A stretch of 64,000 nt of DNA from Chloroflexi bacterium ADurb.Bin180 (lineage in GTDB: Bacteria > Chloroflexota > Anaerolineae > UBA2200): positions 34,952 to 98,951 of the forward strand of contig MWCV01000002.1 in the NCBI GenBank assembly GCA_002070215.1. The letters run 5' to 3'. Under the pieces are notes generated by a model. The model was given only the letters and a program-made list of their open reading frames with translations. It made no database searches and was not told the DNA's origin. How positions within the stretch are numbered: position 1 is the stretch's first letter; every line of letters starts with the position of its first letter. A program made the position numbers and the translations under genes. This document shows positions 37,277-45,240 of the stretch, piece after piece.

Positions 37277-38374
37277 ATGGCTGTAGAACTCGGCATCGTT
37301 GGCCTGCCCAACGTCGGCAAGTCCACCCTCTTCAACGCCCTGACTCGCGCCCACGCCGCCGTGGCCCCCTACCCATTCACCACGATTGAGCCCAATGTGG
37401 GCGTGGTTTCCGTTCCTGATGAACGGTTGCAGCGCATCACACAAATCGTCCAGCCGGAAAAGACCGTCCCCAGCACGCTGCGGGTGGTCGACATTGCCGG
37501 GCTGGTCAAAGGCGCGAGCAAGGGGGAGGGGCTGGGCAACCAGTTTCTGGGGCACATTCGCAACGTCGATGCGCTCGCGATGGTTGTGCGGGCTTTTCAG
37601 GACGCGGACATACCGCACGTTTCGGCAGACCTCAACCCCCTTGATGACATCGACACGGTGATGGTCGAGTTGAGTCTGGCTGACCTGGCCACGCTGCAGA
37701 AACGCCGCGAAAAGACCACCGAGTCGGCCAAGGCGCATCCGGCTGATGCGGCTGCCGAGCTGCAGCTCCTCGATGCTCTTCAGGCACGCATCGATGTCGG
37801 AAAACCTCCGCGGGAACACTGCCTGACACCTCAGGAAGCAGCGCTGGTCAGAGAGCTAGGGTTGCTTACCGCCAAACCGCTGCTTTACGTCGTCAACGTA
37901 GGTGAGAGTGATCTCCCCGAGGGAGGTCCCCTCGTGGGCCCGGTGCGCGAACGTGCTGCGGCTGAAGGCGCCCAGATCGTGCCCGTGTGCGCCCATTGCG
38001 AGGCCGAGCTGGCCGACTGGCCAGAGGCAGACGCTGCGGCCTACAGGCGGGAACTGGGAGTCGATGGCTCCGGGCTGGATCGCTTCATCGCCGCCGGCTA
38101 TCGGCTGCTCAACCTCATCACCTTCTTTACCATCACCGGCGGCAAAGAGGCGCGGGCCTGGCCCTTGCCGCGAGGAACCTCCGTGCTGGAAGCCGCTGGC
38201 CGCATTCACACCGACCTGCAGCGGGGCTTTATCCGCGCGGAAGTGGTGGGGTTTACTGATCTTGCCGCTTCCGGCTCACTGGCTGTTGCGCGGGACAAGG
38301 GGCTGCTTCACGTTGAGGGCAAGGACTATGTGGTCCGCGATGGCGACGTGATCCACATTCGGTTCAACGCCTGA
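37277..38374 (+). CDS. ychF: Ribosome-binding ATPase YchF (Obg-family GTPase/ATPase)
   Basis: MAVELGIVGLPNVGKSTLFNALT... with a C-terminal TGS domain (GFIRAEVV...DGDVIHIRFNA). AGGAGG SD. A TATAAT hexamer lies 19 nt upstream of the ATG. Confidence 0.92.
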   Translation: MAVELGIVGLPNVGKSTLFNALTRAHAAVAPYPFTTIEPNVGVVSVPDERLQRITQIVQPEKTVPSTLRVVDIAGLVKGASKGEGLGNQFLGHIRNVDALAMVVRAFQDADIPHVSADLNPLDDIDTVMVELSLADLATLQKRREKTTESAKAHPADAAAELQLLDALQARIDVGKPPREHCLTPQEAALVRELGLLTAKPLLYVVNVGESDLPEGGPLVGPVRERAAAEGAQIVPVCAHCEAELADWPEADAAAYRRELGVDGSGLDRFIAAGYRLLNLITFFTITGGKEARAWPLPRGTSVLEAAGRIHTDLQRGFIRAEVVGFTDLAASGSLAVARDKGLLHVEGKDYVVRDGDVIHIRFNA

Positions 38375-38403
38375 TTGATTTGCACGCGCAGGTGTGGTAG
38401 AAT
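38375..38403 (+). promoter_or_regulatory. Sigma70-type promoter for the FmdB-family gene (TTGATT-17-TAGAAT)
   Basis: TTGATT at 38375-38380 and TAGAAT at 38398-38403. GGAGG SD before the ATG at 38442. Confidence 0.45.
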
Positions 38404-38441
38404 GCGGTTTGTACTATCGCGATGGAGGTTGAACCCAGTAT

Positions 38442-38759
38442 ATGCCAATCTATGAGTACGAGTGTGAGAGCTGTCGCATTCGTTTTGAGCGCTTGCAGCA
38501 TTTCAAGGATGAGCCAATCAAAGAGTGTCCCGAGTGCGGTGGCGCGGTGCACCGTGTGCTCCAGCCCGTAGGCGTCATCTTCAAGGGGTCTGGCTTTTAC
38601 ATCACGGATCATCGCCAGATCTCTCCGACGTCAGTGCCGGGGAAGAAGGCCATTGAGGCGCCCAAGGACGGAGAAAAGAAGGCTCTGCCCGCAGCCGAGA
38701 GCAAAGCGGAGAAACCGGCCGAAGTACCCCAGGCAACAAAGAAAGAGGCCGCGGACTAG
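38442..38759 (+). CDS. FmdB-family zinc-ribbon putative regulatory protein
   Basis: MPIYEYECESCRIRFERLQHFKDEPIKECPECGG, a CxxC...CxxC zinc ribbon, followed by a Lys/Ala/Glu-rich tail. Confidence 0.85.
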   Translation: MPIYEYECESCRIRFERLQHFKDEPIKECPECGGAVHRVLQPVGVIFKGSGFYITDHRQISPTSVPGKKAIEAPKDGEKKALPAAESKAEKPAEVPQATKKEAAD

Positions 38760-38769
38760 TCCGCGGCCT
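38746..38769. terminator. Palindromic GC hairpin spanning the FmdB stop codon (10-bp stem around CTAG); candidate terminator with no U tract
   Basis: AGGCCGCGGA-CTAG-TCCGCGGCCT. Confidence 0.3.
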
Positions 38770-38793
38770 GTAGCGCAATGCATTACTGGCGGC

Positions 38794-39093
38794 TCAGAGT
38801 TGAAAACCGCCGGTAGCCTCGACAATGCGTCGCTTATAGTCGCTCACGAACGTCTTTAGTTTGGCTTCCAGTGCTTGCCATTCTTTGCCCGACAGGACCT
38901 CATACATCTTTTCGAGCGTCTCTGTGACTCCCCCGGCCAGCACCTGCGGACCCGTCCCGTACATTGTGTACCAGGCATCGGTTGGCTGCAACCCCGCCTG
39001 GATCATGCCCGGTCCGAATTCGCGCATAACGAACTCGATATACTCTGACTCACGGTCGGTTGTGATGTTCCAGGTCATGAGCAGTTTTATCAT
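38794..39093 (-). CDS. Small hypothetical protein (~100 aa), possibly a Dabb/ABM-like alpha+beta barrel
   Basis: I use the internal ATG at 39091-39093 (MIKLLMTWNITTDRESEYIEFVMREFGPGMIQAG...). The ORF-track start at 39216 adds an unlikely Cys/Val-rich N-terminus. Confidence 0.45.
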   Translation of the reverse strand: MIKLLMTWNITTDRESEYIEFVMREFGPGMIQAGLQPTDAWYTMYGTGPQVLAGGVTETLEKMYEVLSGKEWQALEAKLKTFVSDYKRRIVEATGGFQL

Positions 39094-39250
39094 TGATGCA
39101 GCCTGGTCGCCCTCACCCCCATCCGACACCGGTACGGGGACACACACCACGGCAACTCTTGATTGCTCGCGGATGATACATGACCCTCGGACATAATGCA
39201 AGACAACTAGATGCACCCAAATCCGGGACGGTCAAGGAGACAGGTCAGCC

Positions 39251-39688
39251 ATGAAGGCAGTGGTGCAGCGGGTGACGTTGGGACGAGTGGTGGTGGACGG
39301 AGTGACTCTGGGCGAGATCGGCCACGGGCTGGTCGTGCTGCTGGGCATCGGCCAGGGAGACGGCGAAGAGCAGGTGCAATGGATGGCCCACAAGCTGGCC
39401 AACCTGCGGGTCTTTTCTGACGATCAGGGGAAGATGAACCGCTCTGTGCTCCACGTTGGCGGCCAGGTTCTGCTCATCTCTCAATTCACTCTCTATGGTG
39501 ACGCTCACAAGGGCCACCGCCCCGGGTTCTCAGACGCCGCGGCCCCCGAAGCAGCCGCGCCGCTGGTGGAGAGCGTTGCATCGCACCTGAGGCTGGAAGG
39601 TGTGCCCGTCGCCACTGGCCGCTTCCAGGCCCACATGCTGGTCGAGATACACAATGATGGCCCGGTGACGATCCTGCTTGACAAATAG
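39251..39688 (+). CDS. dtd: D-aminoacyl-tRNA deacylase
   Basis: MKAVVQRV...GLVVLLGIGQGD...ISQFTLYGD (SQFTL motif). 145 aa. Confidence 0.92.
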   Translation: MKAVVQRVTLGRVVVDGVTLGEIGHGLVVLLGIGQGDGEEQVQWMAHKLANLRVFSDDQGKMNRSVLHVGGQVLLISQFTLYGDAHKGHRPGFSDAAAPEAAAPLVESVASHLRLEGVPVATGRFQAHMLVEIHNDGPVTILLDK

Positions 39689-39725
39689 CGATGGAACTTC
39701 AAGTCTACTCCATCGTCCTACTTTT
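39689..39725 (+). terminator. Weak hairpin plus TTTT after dtd
   Basis: CGATGGA-(13-nt loop)-TCCATCG followed by TCCTACTTTTGG. Confidence 0.25.
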
Positions 39726-39730
39726 GGAGC

Positions 39731-41446
39731 ATGCTGGTGACGAGTCATAATCGCCTGCTTATCGTGTGTGCCCTGATGGCGCTGCTGTTCCTGCCTGCCT
39801 GCAAGCTGCGCTCTTCGGGCCAGCCCGCTGTTGCTGCCGCGCCGTTGAATACGCAATCGGGCTGGGCCATTCGCGTCACCGGCAGTGGCTGGAAGGCTGG
39901 CTCCAAGATCACTGTGCTCATCGCCGCAAAGGGGGCCTCGCCCAGCCAGGGCACGCCGGTTAGCAGCGCGCTCACGGATGCTTCCGGCGCTTTCACCACC
40001 ATCTTCCTCTTGCCCACTGACCCGCACTGGAAGGCGCTGCCGGAGCTTGCCGTCATTGCCTCCGCCAATGACCAGTCCAGCACGGCCACAAGCACATTCG
40101 CCAACCCGGCTGCTGCTACCCCGACCGCCACAGCCGAGCTGACGCCCGCACCAACTCGCACCCCGGCAGCCTCACAGTACGTGGTGGGCTATGTCGTCAG
40201 CATCGCCCTCGAGTCGCGCACTCTGGCGGTCAGGCCAGTGGAGGGCCAGGCATCGACCATCGCACTGACTCCTGCGGCAACCGTCTCTTACCAGGGCAAG
40301 GAGCTGCCCCTGGCTCAGCTACGCCAGGGAGACCTCATTGAGGCCGCCGGAGCTGTCTCTTCAGATGGGCAGCTCGCGGCCCAGACGCTGCGCGTACTGG
40401 CCAGAGGAACCATCGAGCCTACTCCAACACCCACTCCAGTGCTGCTCACATGGAAGGGAGAGTACTTTCCCAATCTGACCCTGAGCGGCGCTCCCGCACT
40501 GGTGCGAAACGACCCGGTGATTGACTTTGAGTGGCGAGGGTCTGGTCCCGCTGCCAACATTCCAGACGACGCTTTCTCCGTTCGCTGGACCGGCAACTGG
40601 CTCTTCGAAGAGGGCAACTACCGGTTCTACGCACAGGTAGATGACGGGGTGCGTCTGGCCCTCGATGACCACTGGGTTATTGACCGATGGCATGAAAGTG
40701 GTGGTGCACTCTACACCGCCGACGCCTATCTCAGCCGGAACACCCACCTGGTCAAGGTAGAATACTTTGAAGCCCGCGACCTGGCCCAGGCCAAAGTGTG
40801 GTGGGAGTACCGCGGACCCGGAGCAAAGCAGAACTATCCAGACTGGCAGGCAGAATACTATCCCAATACCTCCCTGAGCGGGCTGCCGTATATCATGCTG
40901 AATGACCGCACCATTTCCTTTGACTGGAAGTCCGGCCCTCCCGTCGCAGGCATGCAGAGCGACGGTTTCTCGGCCAGGTGGACACGCACCGTCAATCTCG
41001 ATGCTGGTGTCTACCTGTTTGAGGTTGTGGCCGACGATGGCGTGCGGCTGTGGGTCGACGAAGGACTGTTGATCGACGAGTGGAAAGAAACCGCGGCGCA
41101 GAGCTACTCTGCCGAGCGCTTTCTATCCGGGGGCAGTCACCGCCTCCGCGTAGAGTACTATGAAAGCACCGGAGAGGCCGTGATTCGTGTTGCCTGGAGA
41201 CAGCTTCCGGCCACCCCGACACCCACTGCCACGCTGCCCCTGCCGACGCCAACGAGCACTCCCACGGCCACTCGCACCCCCGAGCCAGCCTCGACCTATC
41301 AGCCAGCGGTGACCCCTGAGCGACCGTCAGGCAGTGTTGCGTCCCGGTTCACCGCCTTCTTGCCCCTGGCCGGGCAACCTCCAGCCGGACTGCCCCTCTT
41401 GCCTGCACCTTTTCGCCTGTTCGAGCGCGACCTCAAGCGCTTCTAG
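39731..41446 (+). CDS. Lipoprotein with two tandem PA14 domains and Pro/Thr-rich linkers
   Basis: Lipobox LLFLPAC. Two PA14-like repeats: [52 protein letters not shown] and [50 protein letters not shown]. Confidence 0.8.
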   Translation: MLVTSHNRLLIVCALMALLFLPACKLRSSGQPAVAAAPLNTQSGWAIRVTGSGWKAGSKITVLIAAKGASPSQGTPVSSALTDASGAFTTIFLLPTDPHWKALPELAVIASANDQSSTATSTFANPAAATPTATAELTPAPTRTPAASQYVVGYVVSIALESRTLAVRPVEGQASTIALTPAATVSYQGKELPLAQLRQGDLIEAAGAVSSDGQLAAQTLRVLARGTIEPTPTPTPVLLTWKGEYFPNLTLSGAPALVRNDPVIDFEWRGSGPAANIPDDAFSVRWTGNWLFEEGNYRFYAQVDDGVRLALDDHWVIDRWHESGGALYTADAYLSRNTHLVKVEYFEARDLAQAKVWWEYRGPGAKQNYPDWQAEYYPNTSLSGLPYIMLNDRTISFDWKSGPPVAGMQSDGFSARWTRTVNLDAGVYLFEVVADDGVRLWVDEGLLIDEWKETAAQSYSAERFLSGGSHRLRVEYYESTGEAVIRVAWRQLPATPTPTATLPLPTPTSTPTATRTPEPASTYQPAVTPERPSGSVASRFTAFLPLAGQPPAGLPLLPAPFRLFERDLKRF

Positions 41447-41482
41447 CGTCCTTTCGACCGACGCTCGGTCCACCAGTTTCAC

Positions 41483-41511
41483 TTGACTGCACTCCCTCGC
41501 GCCGCTATACT
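41483..41511 (+). promoter_or_regulatory. Near-consensus sigma70 promoter (TTGACT-17-TATACT) ending 9 nt before the ChlI-like ATG, implying a leaderless mRNA
   Basis: TTGACT at 41483-41488 and TATACT at 41506-41511. The ATG is at 41521 with no SD. Confidence 0.45.
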
Positions 41512-41520
41512 GGTTACGCT

Positions 41521-42612
41521 ATGGTGACCTTCCCCTTTACGGCCATCGTCGGCCAGGACAAGATGAAGCGCGCTCTCATTCTCAACGCCATCAGCCCTCA
41601 GATCGGTGGCGTCCTCATTCGTGGCGAGCGCGGCACGGCCAAGTCCACTGCCGCGCGAGCCCTGGCCGCGTTGCTTCCTGACATCGAGGTCGTGCAGGAT
41701 TGCCCGTTCCACTGCGACCCCGCTGCCCCGCTGACCCTGTGCGACGATTGCCGCGCCAGATCACTGCGGCAGCCCGAACTACCACGTGTCAGATGCCGCA
41801 CGCAGTTCGTCGACCTTCCAGTCAGCGCCACAGAGGACAGGGTCGTAGGTACCCTGGACATTGAAAAGGCCATCAAGAAGGGCGAGAGGCACTTTGAGCC
41901 AGGCGTGCTGGCAGCCGCCAATCGCGGGCTGCTCTACGTGGACGAAGTGAACCTGCTCGACGACCATGTGGTGGATCTGCTGCTGGACTCGGCCGCCATG
42001 GGCGTCAATGTCGTGGAACGCGAGGGCATCTCCTTTACCCACCCGGCGCGGTTTATCCTCGTGGGAACGATGAACCCCGAAGAGGGAGAACTCAGACCGC
42101 AGTTGCTGGACCGCTTTGCTCTCTGCGTCGAGATCAAGACCATTTCCGATCCGCAGCAGCGAGTGGAGATCGTACGTCGACGCGTTCTCTACGAAGCGGA
42201 CCCGGAGGTCTTTGCCAGAACCTGGCATCCCCAAGAACAGGCCCTCTCTGAGACCATCCGGCAGGCTCAGTTGTTGCTGCCCCAGGTGACCTACCGTGAT
42301 GAGGATCTGTTCACGGTGGCCGAACTAACCGCCGAGTTCGAAGTGGATGGCCATCGCGCGGACATCGTCATCCTCAAGACGGCCCTGGCCCACGCCGCTT
42401 TTGAGGGCCGCACAGCCATCGCTGATGCGGACATCCTCCTTGCCGCTGAGCTGGCCCTTCCGCACCGACTGCACAAAAAACCTCTCCAGGGAAGCGACCT
42501 GCGACTCGACAAGCTCGAGCAGAGGCTGGAGGCGTCCCAGAGCAGGGCTGCCAACGGCACGCAGGCCAGCACAGACACTGAGATAGTAAAAAAAAAACGC
42601 AGCCAGTGCTGA
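41521..42612 (+). CDS. ChlI/BchI-type AAA+ ATPase (magnesium-chelatase subunit I family)
   Basis: [43 protein letters not shown] (Walker A) ...[10 protein letters not shown] (Walker B) ...[24 protein letters not shown] (sensor/arginine fingers). It ends in a low-complexity tail with an A10 tract. Confidence 0.88.
   Translation: MVTFPFTAIVGQDKMKRALILNAISPQIGGVLIRGERGTAKSTAARALAALLPDIEVVQDCPFHCDPAAPLTLCDDCRARSLRQPELPRVRCRTQFVDLPVSATEDRVVGTLDIEKAIKKGERHFEPGVLAAANRGLLYVDEVNLLDDHVVDLLLDSAAMGVNVVEREGISFTHPARFILVGTMNPEEGELRPQLLDRFALCVEIKTISDPQQRVEIVRRRVLYEADPEVFARTWHPQEQALSETIRQAQLLLPQVTYRDEDLFTVAELTAEFEVDGHRADIVILKTALAHAAFEGRTAIADADILLAAELALPHRLHKKPLQGSDLRLDKLEQRLEASQSRAANGTQASTDTEIVKKKRSQC
42588..42597 (+). 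other. A10 homopolymer 13 nt before the ChlI-like stop codon; the +1 frame opens at 42590 and runs into the downstream vWA ORF
   Basis: GTAAAAAAAAAACGC. A frame-2 stop (TAA at 42587-42589) lies immediately before the run, and no stop follows in frame 2 until the vWA ORF. Confidence 0.9.
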
Positions 42613-42649
42613 ACTAACCCAATCCGCGGCGCCTCCAGTAGCAACACCC

Positions 42650-43582
42650 TTGAAAGGCCACCAGGCCGACGCCATGCCCCTCTCTTACATCCGGGAGCCA
42701 GGCGTTACCATGGCCATCGGCCCTACCTTTCAACCCCGGCGCCTGCAGACGCCCCTCGATCGTATGGTGCGCGATGGCCCGGGCAAGCGCAGCTTTACCC
42801 GCACCAGCCGCAAACGCGGCCGCTACGTAAGCAGTTGCGATGCCCGTGGCGACACGAGTGACATCGCTTTCGATGCGACGTTTCGTCAGGCCGCCCCTGA
42901 CCAGATCCACCGCAACCACGAGACCGCCGCACTGGCCCTCAAGAAACAGGACCTGCGCCGGAAGGTCAGGGTACGCCGCGCGGCGAACCTGATTCTCTTT
43001 GTCGTCGACGCCAGTTGGTCTATGGCCGCGGCAGAGCGAATGAAGGCTACCAAGGGGGCCATCCTCTCCCTGTTGATGGACGCCTATCAGAAACGCGACG
43101 AGGTTGGACTGATCACTTTCCAGAGAGAGAGCGCCAGCCTCCTTCTTCAGCCGACCTCGTCAGTCGAGGCGGCCAGGGAGATCCTCCAGGACATACCTGT
43201 GGGCGGCAAGACACCCCTCGCTGCTGGCCTGATGCTGGCCTATGAAGTGCTGTCGCGTGAACGGCGCAAGGACCCAGAGGTCATGCCTATGCTCATCCTG
43301 CTCACCGATGGGGCAGGCAACGTCTCGATGACCGGCTTGCCCCCTCAAGAGGAAGCACTCAACCTCGCGCACCAGATCAGACAGAGCGGAATCCGTGCCG
43401 TGGTTATCAACACAGAGCACCAGTCACTGGATCGCGGCCTGGCCCAACAACTGGCCGATCGTATGGGCGCCCCCTGCTACACCCTGACCGAGCTGGGTGC
43501 TCAGGAGCTCTATACCACCGTGCGCGATGAACTACAATGTCAGATGCCAGCCGCGCTGGCCTCCGCGGGGCGCCATGGTTGA
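42650..43582 (+). CDS. vWA-domain protein resembling the C-terminal half of Mg-chelatase subunit D (ChlD/BchD); possibly the downstream half of a frameshifted fusion with the preceding gene
   Basis: RGRYVSS...DIAFDATFRQAAP...ANLILFVVDASWSMAAAERM (MIDAS DxSxS) ...LLTDGAGN. It has only a TTG start and no SD, and the frame is continuous with the A10 tract upstream. Confidence 0.75.
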   Translation: MKGHQADAMPLSYIREPGVTMAIGPTFQPRRLQTPLDRMVRDGPGKRSFTRTSRKRGRYVSSCDARGDTSDIAFDATFRQAAPDQIHRNHETAALALKKQDLRRKVRVRRAANLILFVVDASWSMAAAERMKATKGAILSLLMDAYQKRDEVGLITFQRESASLLLQPTSSVEAAREILQDIPVGGKTPLAAGLMLAYEVLSRERRKDPEVMPMLILLTDGAGNVSMTGLPPQEEALNLAHQIRQSGIRAVVINTEHQSLDRGLAQQLADRMGAPCYTLTELGAQELYTTVRDELQCQMPAALASAGRHG

Positions 43583-44474
43583 CCGTTCGTCTCGCACCGC
43601 CCGGGCTGATGGCTTGCTGGTCCTGATTACTCTGATCTGGGGCAGTACGTTCCTTCTCGTTCAGCGTACTGTGCAGTCATACCCGGTCTTTAGTTTTCTT
43701 TGTCTGCGCTTTGTGCTGGCCAGCGGGGTCCTGCTGATGCTCTTGGGAAAAAGACTGCGGTTTCTCTCGCCGCGCATGTGGGCTGCCGGCGTGGCCATTG
43801 GCTTCTTTCTCTTTGGTGGCTATGCGCTACAGACGCTGGGGTTGCTGTACACCACGTCATCCAAGGCCGGATTCATCACCGGCCTCTCGGTAGTCATCGT
43901 GCCGGGGCTCTCGGCCACCCTGCTGAGGCGCATACCGGAGAGAGCGGCGCTCCTTGGCGTTCTCCTCTCGACAGTTGGGCTGGCTCTGCTGACTCTGGGC
44001 CGCGACCTGAGGCCCACTCTCGGGGACGTTCTGGTGCTGGGTTGTGCGTTCTGCTTTGCGCTGCACATCGTGGCCGTGAGCCATTTTGCTCCCCAAACGG
44101 ACGCCCTGGCGCTCACGGTGGTCCAGGTTGCCGCTGTAGCTGTCTTCAGTGGTCTGGCCGCTACGCTGCTCGGCGAGTGGCAGCTACCACAGCCGTCTGT
44201 TCTGGGCGCTGCTGCATTCACCGGGGTACTGGCCACGGCACTCGCCTTTGCCGTGCAGAACAGCGTACAATCCTGGACCACAGCCACGCACACGGCGTTG
44301 ATCTTTGCCACCGAGCCGGTCTTTGCCGGCATCTTTGGTTACTGGTTGGCCGACGAACGGTTTTCTGGCAAGGCCGTGATCGGCTGCATACTCATCCTGC
44401 TTGGCATGCTGGTCGCGGAGCTCAGGGCGCCCGCTCCTCAGGGCTCGACTACTCGCGGAGGTGAGCTAGTATGA
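43575..44474 (+). CDS. EamA/DMT-family transporter (10 TM, duplicated EamA domain)
   Basis: Start at the ATG at 43575 overlapping the vWA stop. Hydrophobic repeats (LLVLITLIWGSTF...). ~300 aa. Confidence 0.8.
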   Translation: MVDRSSRTARADGLLVLITLIWGSTFLLVQRTVQSYPVFSFLCLRFVLASGVLLMLLGKRLRFLSPRMWAAGVAIGFFLFGGYALQTLGLLYTTSSKAGFITGLSVVIVPGLSATLLRRIPERAALLGVLLSTVGLALLTLGRDLRPTLGDVLVLGCAFCFALHIVAVSHFAPQTDALALTVVQVAAVAVFSGLAATLLGEWQLPQPSVLGAAAFTGVLATALAFAVQNSVQSWTTATHTALIFATEPVFAGIFGYWLADERFSGKAVIGCILILLGMLVAELRAPAPQGSTTRGGELV

Positions 44475-44932
44475 AACTGATCGATGGCGTGAAGGTCCGC
44501 AAGCTGCGCCTGATTCCCGACGAGCGTGGCTTCTTGATGGAAATGATGCGCACCGACTGGGACGAGTTCGAAAAGTTCGGCCAGACCTACATCACTGCCG
44601 TCTACCCCGGAGTGGTCAAGGGCTGGCACTATCACCAGAAACAGACGGACCACTTCATCTGCGTCCATGGCATGGCCAAAGTTGTTCTCTACGACGGCCG
44701 CGAGGGCTCACCCACCCAAGGTGAGATCAACGAGTTCTTCATGGGTACCCTGAACCCGATTATGCTCAAGATTCCCAGGGGTGTTATGCACGGTTTCAAG
44801 GGCATCAGCGAAGAGATGACCCTCATCGTCAATGTTCCCACAGAGCTCTATGACTACCAAGAGCCGGACGAGTATCGCCTGCCAGCCCACACGGACCAGA
44901 TTCCTTACGACTGGTCACGCCACGACGGCTAG
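44471..44932 (+). CDS. Cupin-fold sugar-nucleotide epimerase/isomerase (RmlC/FdtA/WxcM-like)
   Basis: The ATGA overlaps the EamA stop. PDERGFLMEMMRTDWDEF...VKGWHYHQKQTDHFICVHGMAKVVLYD. Confidence 0.7.
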   Translation: MKLIDGVKVRKLRLIPDERGFLMEMMRTDWDEFEKFGQTYITAVYPGVVKGWHYHQKQTDHFICVHGMAKVVLYDGREGSPTQGEINEFFMGTLNPIMLKIPRGVMHGFKGISEEMTLIVNVPTELYDYQEPDEYRLPAHTDQIPYDWSRHDG

Positions 44933-45240
44933 GCCGGCACACATCCGCGAGAGCAGTCTCTCCACCCGTCTGACTCCCTCATCCGGTGCCGGTGTGGGGA
45001 TACGGCGTGGTCATGAGGACAGGCTGTACTCACGGTTTGTGCTCAGTTCAGAGCGTGTCAGCCTTCCTGTAACGTCTCCCCGGCCAGGTGTGCGACGAAT
45101 CACTTCAGAGACGCCGCCATCGAGTGTATACTTGGGGGGAAATCGTCCCGGCGTTCTTGACCAGGTCATGACCCAGTAGCCGGTCGAACACCGTCCTACC
45201 ACGACGCACGGGGCGGCCAGGGAGCGCACAGCCAACTGAC

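Noticed and set aside
42650-43582. Annotating the vWA ORF as a pseudogene
   Set aside because: The frame is intact and the domain is complete. Only the translation-initiation context is weak. Whether it is expressed alone, by slippage, or is half of a disrupted ChlD-like gene cannot be decided from the sequence.
44933-45240. Cobalamin or TPP riboswitch call upstream of the ECF transporter
   Set aside because: Only fragmentary resemblance (GGUGCC, CUGUAA). The B12 box GCCACUG and the TPP CUGAGA core are absent. Without a covariance-model search this is not supportable.
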